Origin: an uncultured Spirochaetota bacterium
GTDB taxonomy: Bacteria; Spirochaetota; Brevinematia; Brevinematales; JAOACQ01
Reading direction: 5' to 3'
NCBI GenBank assembly: GCA_963835575.1
Contig: CAWIGG010000002.1
Coordinates: 704,001-768,000, forward strand
Length of the DNA stretch: 64,000 bases
Within the stretch, counting starts at the first letter, position 1. Every line of letters begins with the position of its first letter. The notes below the pieces were generated by a model. That model ran no database searches and was not told where the DNA came from. It saw only the letters and a program-made list of their open reading frames with translations. Of this stretch, positions 31,616-42,351 are shown piece by piece. The translations under genes were made by a program, and so were the position numbers.

Positions 31616-33547
31616 TTATTTCAAAAACCTTTCGAACCAGTCGATGTTCCGCTGTATGCAGTCTTTCCTCATCTGCGGGTCAGCTATATTATGAGGCTGT
31701 CCCTGGTAAATAACGAACTCTGTTTGTATATTGCGCCTCTTCAGGGCTGTGTAGAGTTCCCAGGCCTGACTGACAGGGACGCGGACGTCCTTCCCGCCAT
31801 GCTGTATCAGGACAGGGGTTTTAATTCTTTCCGCGTAATAGAGAGGCGAATGTTTCAAATATAATATTTCCTGCCGGTACGGCGGGCCTTTGAAAAAAGT
31901 ATCCAGCCAATCAGGTATGTCAATTGTGCCGTAAAGGCTGTAGATGTCGGAAATGCCGCCGCCGACGGACGCGGCTTTAAAGATGTTAGTATGAGATATG
32001 GTCCATGCGGTAAGATAGCCGCCGTAGCTCCAGCCCATCACGCCCAGTCTGTTTTTGTCTGCCAGCCCTTTATTGAAGAGCATATTGATCCCGGCCAGAA
32101 TATCACGGTAATCGCCGCCGCCCCAGTCCAGCCTGTTCGCCTTCCGTATTTTATCGCCGCAGCCGCTGGAACCCCTGGGATTGGGCATGAAAACCATATA
32201 ACCCAGGCCCGCGAAGACCTGCGCGGGGTAAGCCGTCCGGCCGTTTAAAAAGCGGATGCTGAAGCATGATGTCGGCCCGCCATGGATGATTGTCAGCAGG
32301 GGATATTTCCGCCCATTTTGAAAATCAACAGGCTTGACAAGAATCCCTTCCAGTTTCCATTTGCCGTTTTTCCATTGAATGATCTCTGTTTCACCCTTTT
32401 CAATGGCTTTTAAAGTTCCATTAAAAGCCGTTAAGGGCTGACCATTCATATCGTCTATACTTGAGATGTAAATTTCCGGCGGATGTTCGGAATCCTCCAT
32501 AATAAAAGCGGTCTTCAGGAAATCTTTATCAAAACTGAAATTTTCAAAAATCGAATTGCCTGCCGTCAGCTGTTCTGTTTTACCGGAAGCCGTATCAACC
32601 CTGCAGAGCTGGTATGTGACACCTTTTTCAGTCTGGAAATAGATAAATTTACCATCAGATGACCAGTCATAAAGCGAAGAAATATCCCCGCGGCCGTCTT
32701 TTATGCCGTCGCTGATGATCCGGCTGTTAAGCCGTATTATTTTCAGGCGGTATTGTTCGAGCCAGTCATTCGGTTTGTTTCTTGATAAAAAGGCTATATT
32801 CCGGCCGTCCGGCGACCAGCGGACCGCTCCATAGGACCCCGGTTCGGAAACAAGTTCCTGAAGAGAAGCGGTTTTAATGTCAACCGTATAGAGCCTGGCA
32901 AAGAAGGAATCCTGGTCCTTGAATGACGGTTTTGCCGAGAATGCAAGCGAACCGCAGCCGGGCGACCAGGCAAAAGATGTGATGACAAAAGCCCCATCCG
33001 TCAATTGATAATTGGTTTTCTTTTCAAAGTCATAGATCCGGAGATTCTGATATTGTGTTGTTTGATCCACGACAATGATATTTGAAGGCAAATAATTATT
33101 ATCCCGGGATATTGGAAGAGAAGGCATGGTATACGCGATATAACGGCCGTCCGGCGACCATGCAAAATAAGCGACATCCCTGGGGCCGTATGTCAGCATC
33201 TCGCTATTTGTCCCGTTTTCCGGCCGGCTGAAGATCTGAACAACGCCGTTGGCGCTTTTAAGGAACGCTATTGTTTTACTGTCCGGGGACCAGATCGGCA
33301 GACTGCCCGCCGCGATTTTTACTGAATTTGAAGGGTCTGAATTTGTGTTTATCAGGTAAATACCGCTTGATATAATGTTGGATATTATGTTAATGGATTT
33401 TACTGTGCAGAGGACGGCATGTCTGTCAGGCGCCAGTCTGACAGACTCGATTGTTTTTAAGGAAAAAACATCGTCAATGGACATAACTCTCGCATATGAA
33501 AGTGAATAACTTATAAAGAATAGTAAATTAAACAGAAATTTTTTCAT
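31616..33547 (-). CDS. S9 family (acylaminoacyl/dipeptidyl) peptidase, exported
   Basis: Signal peptide, WSPDG propeller repeats, HGGP, GWSYGG, D.RV, H catalytic motifs. Confidence 0.92.
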   Translation of the reverse strand: MKKFLFNLLFFISYSLSYARVMSIDDVFSLKTIESVRLAPDRHAVLCTVKSINIISNIISSGIYLINTNSDPSNSVKIAAGSLPIWSPDSKTIAFLKSANGVVQIFSRPENGTNSEMLTYGPRDVAYFAWSPDGRYIAYTMPSLPISRDNNYLPSNIIVVDQTTQYQNLRIYDFEKKTNYQLTDGAFVITSFAWSPGCGSLAFSAKPSFKDQDSFFARLYTVDIKTASLQELVSEPGSYGAVRWSPDGRNIAFLSRNKPNDWLEQYRLKIIRLNSRIISDGIKDGRGDISSLYDWSSDGKFIYFQTEKGVTYQLCRVDTASGKTEQLTAGNSIFENFSFDKDFLKTAFIMEDSEHPPEIYISSIDDMNGQPLTAFNGTLKAIEKGETEIIQWKNGKWKLEGILVKPVDFQNGRKYPLLTIIHGGPTSCFSIRFLNGRTAYPAQVFAGLGYMVFMPNPRGSSGCGDKIRKANRLDWGGGDYRDILAGINMLFNKGLADKNRLGVMGWSYGGYLTAWTISHTNIFKAASVGGGISDIYSLYGTIDIPDWLDTFFKGPPYRQEILYLKHSPLYYAERIKTPVLIQHGGKDVRVPVSQAWELYTALKRRNIQTEFVIYQGQPHNIADPQMRKDCIQRNIDWFERFLK

Positions 33548-33727
33548 ATTTTTATTTCCTCAGTAAAGATATTTTAATTAAACAAAATTCATTACATGAT
33601 TACTGTTTCTAAAAACAATATATTTTATGAATAATTATCGGCCGTTTGAAAAATCATCCGCAAAAAACCATTCATCTTCTTGATTTTTTGAAAGTGCCGA
33701 ATTATAATTATGCCGAATATTATTCAT

Positions 33728-33800
33728 TCCCCTGTAGCTCAGTTGGCAGAGCAGGTGACTGTTAATCACCGGGCCGTAGGTTCGAGCCCTACCGGGGGAG
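33728..33800 (+). tRNA. tRNA-Asn (GTT), CCA not encoded
   Basis: TCCCCTG acceptor / CGGGGGA-G, anticodon loop CTGTTAA, GGTTCGAGCCC T-arm. Confidence 0.96.
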
Positions 33801-33809
33801 CAATTGAGG

Positions 33810-33836
33810 CAGGCAGGCTTAAAGCCTGCCTTTTTT
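33810..33836 (+). terminator. Intrinsic terminator after tRNA
   Basis: AGGCAGGCTT-A-AAGCCTGCCT + T-run. Confidence 0.8.
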
Positions 33837-33864
33837 ATTACTTTATTCAATTTATCGGGAATAA

Positions 33865-34887
33865 ATGGTCGATAATAATGTACAAGAGGAGGAGTTTTTG
33901 GTCTATTTAGTATCCTTAAGGAATTACACTTTCACATTCATTAAGACGTTTTTTTTTGTTTGTATAATGCTGCTCGTCTATTTAATTATTGAAATCATAT
34001 CATTGAAGTCAACCGGCTCGGCCTCTGTATTTACTGAAAGTTTGAAGAATTACGGATTATTGCTAATTAAGGCCCTGCCTTTTACGGTACTCTTTTCCAG
34101 CTGCCTTTATTTCTCGTCTATCGGCATGGAAAAATCTTTTATTATTACCATGGTCCCGTTAGTTGCCGTATTTAATACAATCATAATCCTTCTCTGCTTC
34201 TGGATGAACGGCGATTTTCATGAATTCAATTCCCAGTATCAATTTTATTATTATCCTGAGATTAAAGAAGGCGGGATCACCGCAATCGGCGATTATCAAA
34301 TAGCTGTAACTGGCGGCAGGAAAGGCATTCTCTTTTACAAAAATGCCTACTTATTCAATGATTTCAGGACCGGACAGAATGATATCACTGTCAATACTTA
34401 TCAGGCGGCAGGAAATACTTCCGTGTATTCCGCTTATAATAGTTTTACAATACCGTATAAAACCCCCGTTTTAAAACTTAGGGAAACCGGCATTACATAT
34501 TTTGTCATGAAAAATTTTATTGATTATGTTAAGTATTCTCAAAATATTTTTAATATTACATTCAACGGCGGCAGCATTATTTATTCTATTATATCGTTTT
34601 TATTTATGAACCTGGGATTTTTCGCGGTTGTCTGCGGTGTTGCGGGATTTTTCAGTGAAACGAGGACGCTGGCGCTTTCCTGGTCAGCCCTCATAGTCCT
34701 GACCGCATTATTATTTATAATATATCCTCAATACTTAAGTCTTATGTCGTTTATTAAATTCGGATTCAAAGATAATATTTTAAGATTACTTATTTCCAGT
34801 GTAACAGCCGGCCTTCTGGGCGGAGTAATCGGATATGCCCTGATTCAAATGAGGATCATGTTCCAGCATAAAAGAGAAGGTTTATAA
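33865..34887 (+). CDS. Membrane protein, 3TM-periplasmic-3TM (LptF/LptG-like)
   Basis: Hydropathy pattern; 'IKALPFTVLFS' in TM2; tandem with similar gene. Confidence 0.5.
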   Translation: MVDNNVQEEEFLVYLVSLRNYTFTFIKTFFFVCIMLLVYLIIEIISLKSTGSASVFTESLKNYGLLLIKALPFTVLFSSCLYFSSIGMEKSFIITMVPLVAVFNTIIILLCFWMNGDFHEFNSQYQFYYYPEIKEGGITAIGDYQIAVTGGRKGILFYKNAYLFNDFRTGQNDITVNTYQAAGNTSVYSAYNSFTIPYKTPVLKLRETGITYFVMKNFIDYVKYSQNIFNITFNGGSIIYSIISFLFMNLGFFAVVCGVAGFFSETRTLALSWSALIVLTALLFIIYPQYLSLMSFIKFGFKDNILRLLISSVTAGLLGGVIGYALIQMRIMFQHKREGL

Positions 34888-34906
34888 TGATTTCCGGAAG
34901 GAATAT

Positions 34907-35941
34907 GTGAAAAAGTTGAACAGTTTTATCGGCCTGTTCATTGTGATTACGCTTTTTATTACCGTGCTTTCATTGTTTTATTATCTCAGATTTGAAAAAA
35001 TCACATCATTATGGCTCTTCTATTCTATCTGCAACGAATTAATATTCACCATGCCGGTCAGCGCGTCTCTCAGTATTTTGTGGCCTCTGGTTTTCAGGGA
35101 CAGATCGGAAGTTAATAATCCGGTCAGCCGTTCGGCAGTTCCCTTTAATGCGACTGTTTTCATGTTTATTATTATGGCTTTGGCATTTCTCTTTCAGGAA
35201 TTCGGAATCCCGAAAATCTATAACTGGATCAGTTTTCATGAAACGCTTAAATCAAAAGGAATCACAAATCCGGTTGCTGTAAAAGACACGACCGGGGAAA
35301 AATTCTCTCTTTCTGAATTCAATCAGGTTAATTATATGCCGGTCAAATATAATATCGCTTTTACTTCAGGAAATTCATTCATCTATTTTGATAAAATGTA
35401 TGACGGCAGCGGCGCGTATTATGTTGAGGGATTCCGGTTCTTCGGCTTTACCGGGAATAAACAGCTGGATTACATCATTACCGCTGATTATGCGAAAATT
35501 GTGGATGACATTCTTTATGCCGTCAATCCGATGTTTCATCAGTATTCAAAGGGGACGCCGGCTTCTTCTAAAAGGATTAACGGAGTTAAAAATATCATCA
35601 TGATCTATCAACCTGCCGGGATTTACGCGCTCAGTTCGGAATCTTCATCCGGCCCGGTCAGCCTGATAGACGTATTTCTCTATAATGATTATGTTTTTAA
35701 TTCAGGCATAAATTTTTTCCATATCGGCAATATTATATTTAATAAAATCGCTTATTATATTATTCTTATTTTTATGATGGTCCTTTCATCCACTTTCGGT
35801 TCCGCCTTTAAAAATCAAAGGCTCCTGCACAGGGAATACATTCAGACGGCTTCTTTTTATATCATATCTTTTTTCATTATAACTTTATGCTATGATACCC
35901 TTGCCGCAGCCGTCAATATGATCTACAGCATGGTTATATAG
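34907..35941 (+). CDS. Membrane protein (LptF/LptG-like)
   Basis: 3 TM, beta-rich periplasmic domain (YIITADYAKI), C-terminal TMs. Confidence 0.55.
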   Translation: MKKLNSFIGLFIVITLFITVLSLFYYLRFEKITSLWLFYSICNELIFTMPVSASLSILWPLVFRDRSEVNNPVSRSAVPFNATVFMFIIMALAFLFQEFGIPKIYNWISFHETLKSKGITNPVAVKDTTGEKFSLSEFNQVNYMPVKYNIAFTSGNSFIYFDKMYDGSGAYYVEGFRFFGFTGNKQLDYIITADYAKIVDDILYAVNPMFHQYSKGTPASSKRINGVKNIIMIYQPAGIYALSSESSSGPVSLIDVFLYNDYVFNSGINFFHIGNIIFNKIAYYIILIFMMVLSSTFGSAFKNQRLLHREYIQTASFYIISFFIITLCYDTLAAAVNMIYSMVI

Positions 35942-35990
35942 TAGAGACGATGCATTGCATCGTCTCTACTATATTATCAAGGAATCATTA

Positions 35991-36383
35991 ATGAAAGCTT
36001 TAATATTAACTATCATCCTCGCGACCAATGTGCTGAACCTGGAAGTGATGTCGACAAAAGAGCAGAAAGAGCTGGGGCTTATGAACCGCAGAAGCTGGGG
36101 CAGTATTGACGGAATGATTTTTATAAATGATGAACCGGAAGCTGTCGCTTACTGGATGAAAAACACTTATCTCAATCTTACGCTTTATTATCTGGATGAA
36201 GATATGAGCATTATAGAACAATATAACCCGGTGCCTTTATCGGCAAGGATAATACAGTCAACTTCCGAGAATATCAAGTATGTTTTAGAAATAAATCCGG
36301 CGATGACCAACTATCTGATTAAGAATTACGCCTTATTCCGGAAAAAGGCTTTAGATAAACTGGCGGATTTGACGAACAAATAA
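35991..36383 (+). CDS. DUF192 family protein
   Basis: GLMNR, GMIF, YWMKNT, YVLEIN. Confidence 0.85.
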   Translation: MKALILTIILATNVLNLEVMSTKEQKELGLMNRRSWGSIDGMIFINDEPEAVAYWMKNTYLNLTLYYLDEDMSIIEQYNPVPLSARIIQSTSENIKYVLEINPAMTNYLIKNYALFRKKALDKLADLTNK

Positions 36384-36389
36384 AAAAAC

Positions 36390-36430
36390 AAAAAACAAGG
36401 CTGTCTTTCATTAGACAGCCTTGTTTTTTT
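36390..36430. terminator. Bidirectional terminator
   Basis: AAAAAACAAGGCTGTCT...AGACAGCCTTGTTTTTTT between convergent genes. Confidence 0.85.
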
Positions 36431-36446
36431 GATATGAGAAATTCAA

Positions 36447-37070
36447 TTATCTTTTAAAGTATAGATTGACGGTCATTGTCTCATCAGCGATCTTCAGCTT
36501 GTCTTTTGTATCAACATAACCGGAATAAAAGACTGTGGTAAGATAATACTTTTTCCCCACGTCGCCGGCTATATGCTTTTCCTTGTTGATAATCAGATAT
36601 ACATCGGTGTCCTTTTTACTTCCCGAACTGGTTACTCCGCAGGAATCCTTTTCATTATCTTTGAGGCTTGTTGTTTTCACGACTTCCCCATCCACTTCTT
36701 TTTCATAAATAAAATCCTTAGAGACAGGATAGTAAGTATAATATTCCACCATATCAGAATATTCAAATTTAACGGCATACCATACCTTTACATCATAAGA
36801 GATGGAATTTTTAAGAAGTATGTCAACTCTCAGGCTATCCGCATCATAGCATGATATAACGCCATTGATATCACATTCCGGGGCATTGCCGACTTTTGTT
36901 TCGCTGACAAGGTCGTCATCCGGCGAAATAACCCAATCGCTTGCAGTATAAGGATCAAACGCATTTGTTACTTCATCCGCGTCGCGGCTTGGTATTTTTT
37001 TGGCAATACCCAGAACAGGGATGAGCAATACCAGTGTCAGAGCTAAAATAAGCATTCTTTTTGCTTTCAT
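36447..37070 (-). CDS. Exported hypothetical protein
   Basis: AGGAGG RBS, signal peptide, beta-rich. Confidence 0.8.
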   Translation of the reverse strand: MKAKRMLILALTLVLLIPVLGIAKKIPSRDADEVTNAFDPYTASDWVISPDDDLVSETKVGNAPECDINGVISCYDADSLRVDILLKNSISYDVKVWYAVKFEYSDMVEYYTYYPVSKDFIYEKEVDGEVVKTTSLKDNEKDSCGVTSSGSKKDTDVYLIINKEKHIAGDVGKKYYLTTVFYSGYVDTKDKLKIADETMTVNLYFKR

Positions 37071-37461
37071 TTGACTGCCTCCTTAATATAAATAATAACA
37101 ATTGAATAGTGAAATACCCGATTAAATAGAAATATTAAACCAAATTAATATAAAATGAGGTTATTATTACAATTTTTTATATATTATCATATTTTGTAAT
37201 TTAATCAATATATTTTATAAAAAATATTTTGTACATTAAAAAAGCATCTTAATTATGCATAAAATTTTAAAAGCAGGCAGTTCCAAAAAAAATAATGTTT
37301 GATCTGCCGGCGGAAAGTTTCAGGATGAACTCTGTCTATTATTAAAACTATTGCCGGAAAAATTACCAGGAATAGTTATAAATACAATAAAGCTTTTTTT
37401 GCATGGAACAAAAAATGAATTTAAAATGATCTCTCAATATTTATCAGGATGAGGCATCAGG

Positions 37462-37926
37462 ATGAAAAAATTAATAATTGTATAAGCTTTAATATTGATT
37501 TTTTCAGGGTCAGGCAATATTTTCGGCAGGACATTCGGCATCGGGATCATTACCGGGGAACCGACGGGAATAAGCGCCAAATACCGGCTTGATAAAACAA
37601 TGGCTTTGAATTATACCGCGGGCTGGTCGTTTGTGGGAGAGGGTTCGTTTTATATTCATGGCGATTATCTCTGGCATAACTTTGATCTATTAAAAGTCAA
37701 AGAAGGAAGCCCGGCATTCTATTACGGCCCTGAAATTTATCTCCATATGAGAGCGCAGTCTGCAATGGACGCCAGGTTCCCGGTCGGCCTTGATTACTTT
37801 TTTGAAAGCGCAGCCATTGATATTTTCATGGAGGTTGTTCCGATACTGCAATTAGCGCCCGCTGCAATTCCCGGTTTAAACGGCGGGATAGGCATCAGGT
37901 TTAATTTTTGTACTTCGGAGGCAAAT
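37462..37926 (+). pseudogene. Small outer-membrane beta-barrel (DUF3996-like) pseudogene, reading in frame into argF
   Basis: ATG AAA AAA TTA ATA ATT GTA TAA (stop in signal peptide at 37483); FGIGIITGEPTGISAKY...GGIGIRFNF; no stop before argF. Confidence 0.7.
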
Positions 37927-38850
37927 ATGCTTGAAGGAAAGAAAGATTTTTTAGATACTGAGGATTTTTCCCGGGATACGCTTGTGCATCTTATTAAACT
38001 GGCTGTCAAAATGAGGAAGAACAAGGAAAAATACTGTAAAGCGCTGAAAAATAAAAAGCTGGCTATGATTTTTGAAAAATCATCCACGAGGACGCGCGTC
38101 TCTTTTGAGGCCGGTATATACGAGCTGGGCGGCATGGGAATATTCCTGAGTTCAAGGGATATTCAGATCGGCAGGGGCGAACCGATAAAAGATACGGCTA
38201 AAGTTCTTTCCCGATATGTGGACGCGATAATGATCCGCACTTTTAAGCAGGAAGATGTCAAGTCATTGGCGGAAAACGCGTCGGTCCCTGTTATTAACGG
38301 GCTGACGGACCTTCTTCATCCATGCCAGGCAATGGCGGATTTTCAAACCATCCTTGAACATAAAGGCCGTCTGGAGGGATTGAAGCTCTGTTTTATCGGA
38401 GACGGCAATAATGTCGCGAATTCGCTCGGGCTTTTAGCCGGCAAAATCGGCATGGATTATTCCATTGCCACCCCGGAAAATTACGGAATGGATAAAGCGA
38501 TAATACAGAAGATTATGACCAACGCCGGAAAATCAGGCGGTAAAGTGCTGATAACAAACGATCCAGCGGAAGCTGTCCATAATGCCGATATTGTCTATAC
38601 GGATGTCTGGACATCCATGGGAAAGGAAGAAGAAGCATTAAAAAGAAGGGAAGCTTTTCAGGGCTTTGAAGTCAATTCAGCGCTGGTAAAGACGGCGGCC
38701 CCGGATTATATTTTTATGCACTGCCTTCCCGCTCACCGCGGAGAGGAAGTTTCCGCCGAAGTGATAGACGGGGACCATTCGGTTGTTTTTGACGAAGCGG
38801 AAAACAGGATCCATGCCCAGAAAGCGATCCTGTTAGAAATAATGAGGTAA
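37927..38850 (+). CDS. argF: Ornithine carbamoyltransferase
   Basis: GGAGG RBS; KSSTRTRVSFE, HPCQ, DVWTSMG, HCLP. Confidence 0.95.
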   Translation: MLEGKKDFLDTEDFSRDTLVHLIKLAVKMRKNKEKYCKALKNKKLAMIFEKSSTRTRVSFEAGIYELGGMGIFLSSRDIQIGRGEPIKDTAKVLSRYVDAIMIRTFKQEDVKSLAENASVPVINGLTDLLHPCQAMADFQTILEHKGRLEGLKLCFIGDGNNVANSLGLLAGKIGMDYSIATPENYGMDKAIIQKIMTNAGKSGGKVLITNDPAEAVHNADIVYTDVWTSMGKEEEALKRREAFQGFEVNSALVKTAAPDYIFMHCLPAHRGEEVSAEVIDGDHSVVFDEAENRIHAQKAILLEIMR

Positions 38851-38854
38851 AACT

Positions 38855-40210
38855 ATGGCGAAACTCTGGCAGAAACAGGGCTTAAAAAAACTGCATCCGG
38901 ATGTCGAAAAATACGAGGTCGGGGCCGACTATTTACTGGACGGCCGATTATTCTTTTATGAGCTTGCCTCAAGCCTGGCCCATGCCAGGATGCTCAATAA
39001 GATCGGCATTCTGACAAAGAAGGAAATGTATAAAATCAATAAGGAAATAAATATACTTTATAAAAAACACGGCCGGACATTAACGCTTGAAGTTTCTGAT
39101 GAGGATATTCACTCAAAGCTGGAGAACATGCTGACGCAGTCAATCGGGGAAACAGGCAAAAAAATTCATACCGGACGGAGCCGTAATGACCAGGTCCTGA
39201 CCGTTCTCCGTCTTTATGAGAAAGACCGGCTTTTCGAAATAGCTGCCGGATATATCGATTGTTTATCGGCGCTCGCCGGCATGGCTGAAAAAGAAGGAAA
39301 GAAAATACTTCCCGGCTATACTCATACAAAACAGGCCATGCTGATGAATGTTAAATTCTGGGCCGGCGCCTTCATTGAAGCGGGCCTGGATAATATCAAG
39401 CTTTTAAAAGCCCTGCTCGATTTGATTGACGCCAATCCGCTGGGAAGCGGCAGCGGATTCGGCGTTCCCATTCCCCTGGACCGGAAAATGACTGCCAGAC
39501 AGCTTGGTTTCTCGCGGGTGCAGGACAACGCCATGGCGGTCCAGAATTCCCGCGGTAAATATGAGGGCTTGATCATCGACGTGCTCTGGGGCATGATGAG
39601 CGATTTTTCAAGGCTGGCTTCCGATTTGATCATGTTTAATATGGATGAGCTTCTTTATGTTAAAACAGACTCATCCATAACAACCGGCAGTTCAATCATG
39701 CCGCAGAAAAGGAACCTGGATGTGATGGAGCTTGTCAGGGCCCGCACATATACAATGCTTTCCTTTTCCACAGCCGTTAAAAGTATTTCCAGCGGCTTGA
39801 TTTCCGGTTATAACAGGGACCTCCAGGAAACAAAAGAGCCATTGATGAAGGCCCTGGACCTGATGATAGACACAATCCGGGCTATAAAAGCCGTTATTGA
39901 AAATATAGCTTTTGATGAGGAGTCCGTAAAAAATAAACTGACTAAAGGGATTTTCGCGACGGACATTGCTTTTAAAGCGGCTGCTGACGGGGTACCTTTC
40001 CGTGACGCTTATAAGACCGCGGCAAAAGGTATTGATGATATTGAACTCAATGATAATACAATTCAGTCAAGCATCAGGAAGCGGATATCACAGGGGTCTC
40101 CCGCTTCCATCAATATTCTTTATTACAGGAAAAATCTGGCTGTTGAAAAAAAATATTTTGATAAATTAATTGAAAACTTCCGGGGTAAGCTTAATACTCT
40201 ACTTAAGTAA
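38855..40210 (+). CDS. argH: Argininosuccinate lyase
   Basis: HTGRSRNDQ, PGYTH, TGSSIMPQKRN, GYNRDLQ. Confidence 0.93.
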   Translation: MAKLWQKQGLKKLHPDVEKYEVGADYLLDGRLFFYELASSLAHARMLNKIGILTKKEMYKINKEINILYKKHGRTLTLEVSDEDIHSKLENMLTQSIGETGKKIHTGRSRNDQVLTVLRLYEKDRLFEIAAGYIDCLSALAGMAEKEGKKILPGYTHTKQAMLMNVKFWAGAFIEAGLDNIKLLKALLDLIDANPLGSGSGFGVPIPLDRKMTARQLGFSRVQDNAMAVQNSRGKYEGLIIDVLWGMMSDFSRLASDLIMFNMDELLYVKTDSSITTGSSIMPQKRNLDVMELVRARTYTMLSFSTAVKSISSGLISGYNRDLQETKEPLMKALDLMIDTIRAIKAVIENIAFDEESVKNKLTKGIFATDIAFKAAADGVPFRDAYKTAAKGIDDIELNDNTIQSSIRKRISQGSPASINILYYRKNLAVEKKYFDKLIENFRGKLNTLLK

Positions 40211-40224
40211 AAGGAAGGAAAGCC

Positions 40225-41082
40225 ATGTTTAGTAAAGTATTATTTCCCGTCATTATGACAGAGCACACGGAGCAGATGGTGGACTGCCTCGGCGGAATCG
40301 TTCAGAACGGCGCAAAAGAAGCGCTCCTTTTTCATGTCCAGAGCGTTTCAGAAATCGCCGCGGGGAATGTCAATATTCAGTATGATGAGAAACTTCTTGA
40401 AAAATGGAAAAAGACCCTTCAGGAATCGGGGATCCGGGTGGATTATAAGATTGCATCAGGCGTCCCCTGGATTGAGATTGTCGACCTGATTGAAAAGGGG
40501 GATTATTCCTTTACCTTTATGGGATCGCATGGAAATTCATTTTTAGACCGCATGTTTCTCGGCAGCGTAACGGAAAATGTTGTGCATCATTCCTCTAAAC
40601 CGGTGCTGATCTATAAAATACAGAAAAACGGTTTAAAAGCCCCACCATACTGCCGGAATATCTTCGGGAAAATACTTTATACAACGGATTTTTCGGAAAC
40701 ATCAAAAAAGTGTATCCCTTATATTGAAGAAATGCATAATATGGAAAATCAGGGCCTGACAATTCTGCATGTCCAGGATATGAGAAATTTAAAGCATGTC
40801 TCATCGGAAAAACTTTCCGAGTTTAACCGGATTGATCTGGAAAGACTGGAAGAGCTGAAGCAGTATTTTCTAAGCAAAGGCTTTAAAAGAGTGATGTCGC
40901 TTCTGACGACCGGTTACTCCATACCGGAAATATTGAACTACGCCCATACGGAAGACGCGACGATTATCGTGATGGGAAGAAAGGGGAAAAGCAATATCAA
41001 GGAAATGCTTCTCGGCGGCGTGGCGGAGACTATCATTCACAAATCGCCTGTGCCCGTTTTCCTGGTTGAGGAAAATAAATAA
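40225..41082 (+). CDS. Tandem universal stress protein
   Basis: Two USP domains (MGSHG...LGSVTE; MGRKG...LGGVAE). Confidence 0.92.
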   Translation: MFSKVLFPVIMTEHTEQMVDCLGGIVQNGAKEALLFHVQSVSEIAAGNVNIQYDEKLLEKWKKTLQESGIRVDYKIASGVPWIEIVDLIEKGDYSFTFMGSHGNSFLDRMFLGSVTENVVHHSSKPVLIYKIQKNGLKAPPYCRNIFGKILYTTDFSETSKKCIPYIEEMHNMENQGLTILHVQDMRNLKHVSSEKLSEFNRIDLERLEELKQYFLSKGFKRVMSLLTTGYSIPEILNYAHTEDATIIVMGRKGKSNIKEMLLGGVAETIIHKSPVPVFLVEENK

Positions 41083-41086
41083 AACG

Positions 41087-42148
41087 CTATTTTAAAGCAT
41101 TATACAGAGCATTGCTGTAAATTATATTTTCGGGGTCGACATTGAAATCGGAAGGCAGGATATCGCCGCTATTTTTATACAGTTCGGAAGAAAGAATGAA
41201 TAGATTATAAGCTGAAAAAGAACTGTTATTATTAAAGAAACCCATGCATTCCTGTTTTCCGGTGAAATGGATATGTTTAAATAAAGTCATCGCTTCCTGG
41301 GCCCCGCCCTTCATACTGTAAAAATCAGCCATCATACCCGCGACCTGCGCCTGATTGTTTGTATCTTTGGAAAAATAATCATAGCCTTCAATCAGTGCTT
41401 TGACAAAGGCATCGATGATCCTGGGATATTTTTTTATGAAATCCTCCCTTGCCAGAAAAACATCTGCGATCAAACCGTATCCGGCGTTTCCTTCCGCGGT
41501 AGTCGTAAACAGGGAAGCGCCTTTAATAAAGGAAGGGCTTTTTTGATTGGTTGCGTAATAAATAAAAGGGGCGGCTGCCACACAGGCATCAATGGTCTTA
41601 TCCGTGGCAAAAGACATCCCGGCGTCAATTGTTGAGGGGATGAAAAGCGTTTTTACGTCATTCAGTGAAAGCCCGCCCTGTTTAAGAAGATAAAGCATCA
41701 GAAATTGGGAAGCCGTGTTTTGCGTCAGTACGACTTTTTTGCCTTTAAAGTCCCGAATATGCTTGATATTACCCCTGACTACGATCCCATCCGCTCCGGC
41801 CGAAAAATCGCTGACAGCCAGAATTTGTGGTGCGATTCTCGAGTCCTTTCCGGCGGCTTCAAAAAAGAGAGGGACCATATCCATGGTCAAACAAACTATG
41901 GGATAATCTCCGTTTGTAAAGCCTGTCAGGCAGTCGGCGGAATTTTCTTCTTGGATAAGCTGTACTTTGAATTTGCCGTATTTATAAAATAAAGAATTTT
42001 CATTCGTCTCGGAGCCTTTATTCGCTGATAAAAGGACCGCGGAGGACCCGTATGACGCCAAAGGCAGCTGTATTATCATTTCTTTAGGTTTATTATTGCA
42101 TCCCAGTAATATTCCGGATAAAATAATAAGCGGCAGTATTTTCTTCAT
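41087..42148 (-). CDS. ABC transporter substrate-binding lipoprotein (NMT1/SsuA-like)
   Basis: Lipobox LLGC; SAGADGIV, DFKGKKV. Confidence 0.8.
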   Translation of the reverse strand: MKKILPLIILSGILLGCNNKPKEMIIQLPLASYGSSAVLLSANKGSETNENSLFYKYGKFKVQLIQEENSADCLTGFTNGDYPIVCLTMDMVPLFFEAAGKDSRIAPQILAVSDFSAGADGIVVRGNIKHIRDFKGKKVVLTQNTASQFLMLYLLKQGGLSLNDVKTLFIPSTIDAGMSFATDKTIDACVAAAPFIYYATNQKSPSFIKGASLFTTTAEGNAGYGLIADVFLAREDFIKKYPRIIDAFVKALIEGYDYFSKDTNNQAQVAGMMADFYSMKGGAQEAMTLFKHIHFTGKQECMGFFNNNSSFSAYNLFILSSELYKNSGDILPSDFNVDPENIIYSNALYNALK

Positions 42149-42351
42149 TGCGGTTCCCTTCCTCTCATAATTGATAGTACCATTGATTTTACAGCAAAAC
42201 AGGAAATATTTCAAGGAGATGCGTTTTTGGGAATATTAATATTCTCCCTCTTGATAAAAATCCTTTAATCAATTACAATTAATCAAGGTCAGTTCATGAA
42301 AAATGCTCTTCCGTTATAAGTAATACAAATAAAATAAAAAGGTGTGAAAAA

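Noticed and set aside
33728..33800. Genomic island integrated at tRNA-Asn
   Set aside because: No integrase nearby and no duplicated tRNA 3' end noticed in the window
37495..38850. 451-aa barrel-OTC fusion protein
   Set aside because: TTG start lacks an RBS and lies after an in-frame stop in the signal peptide; argF has its own RBS and ATG at 37927
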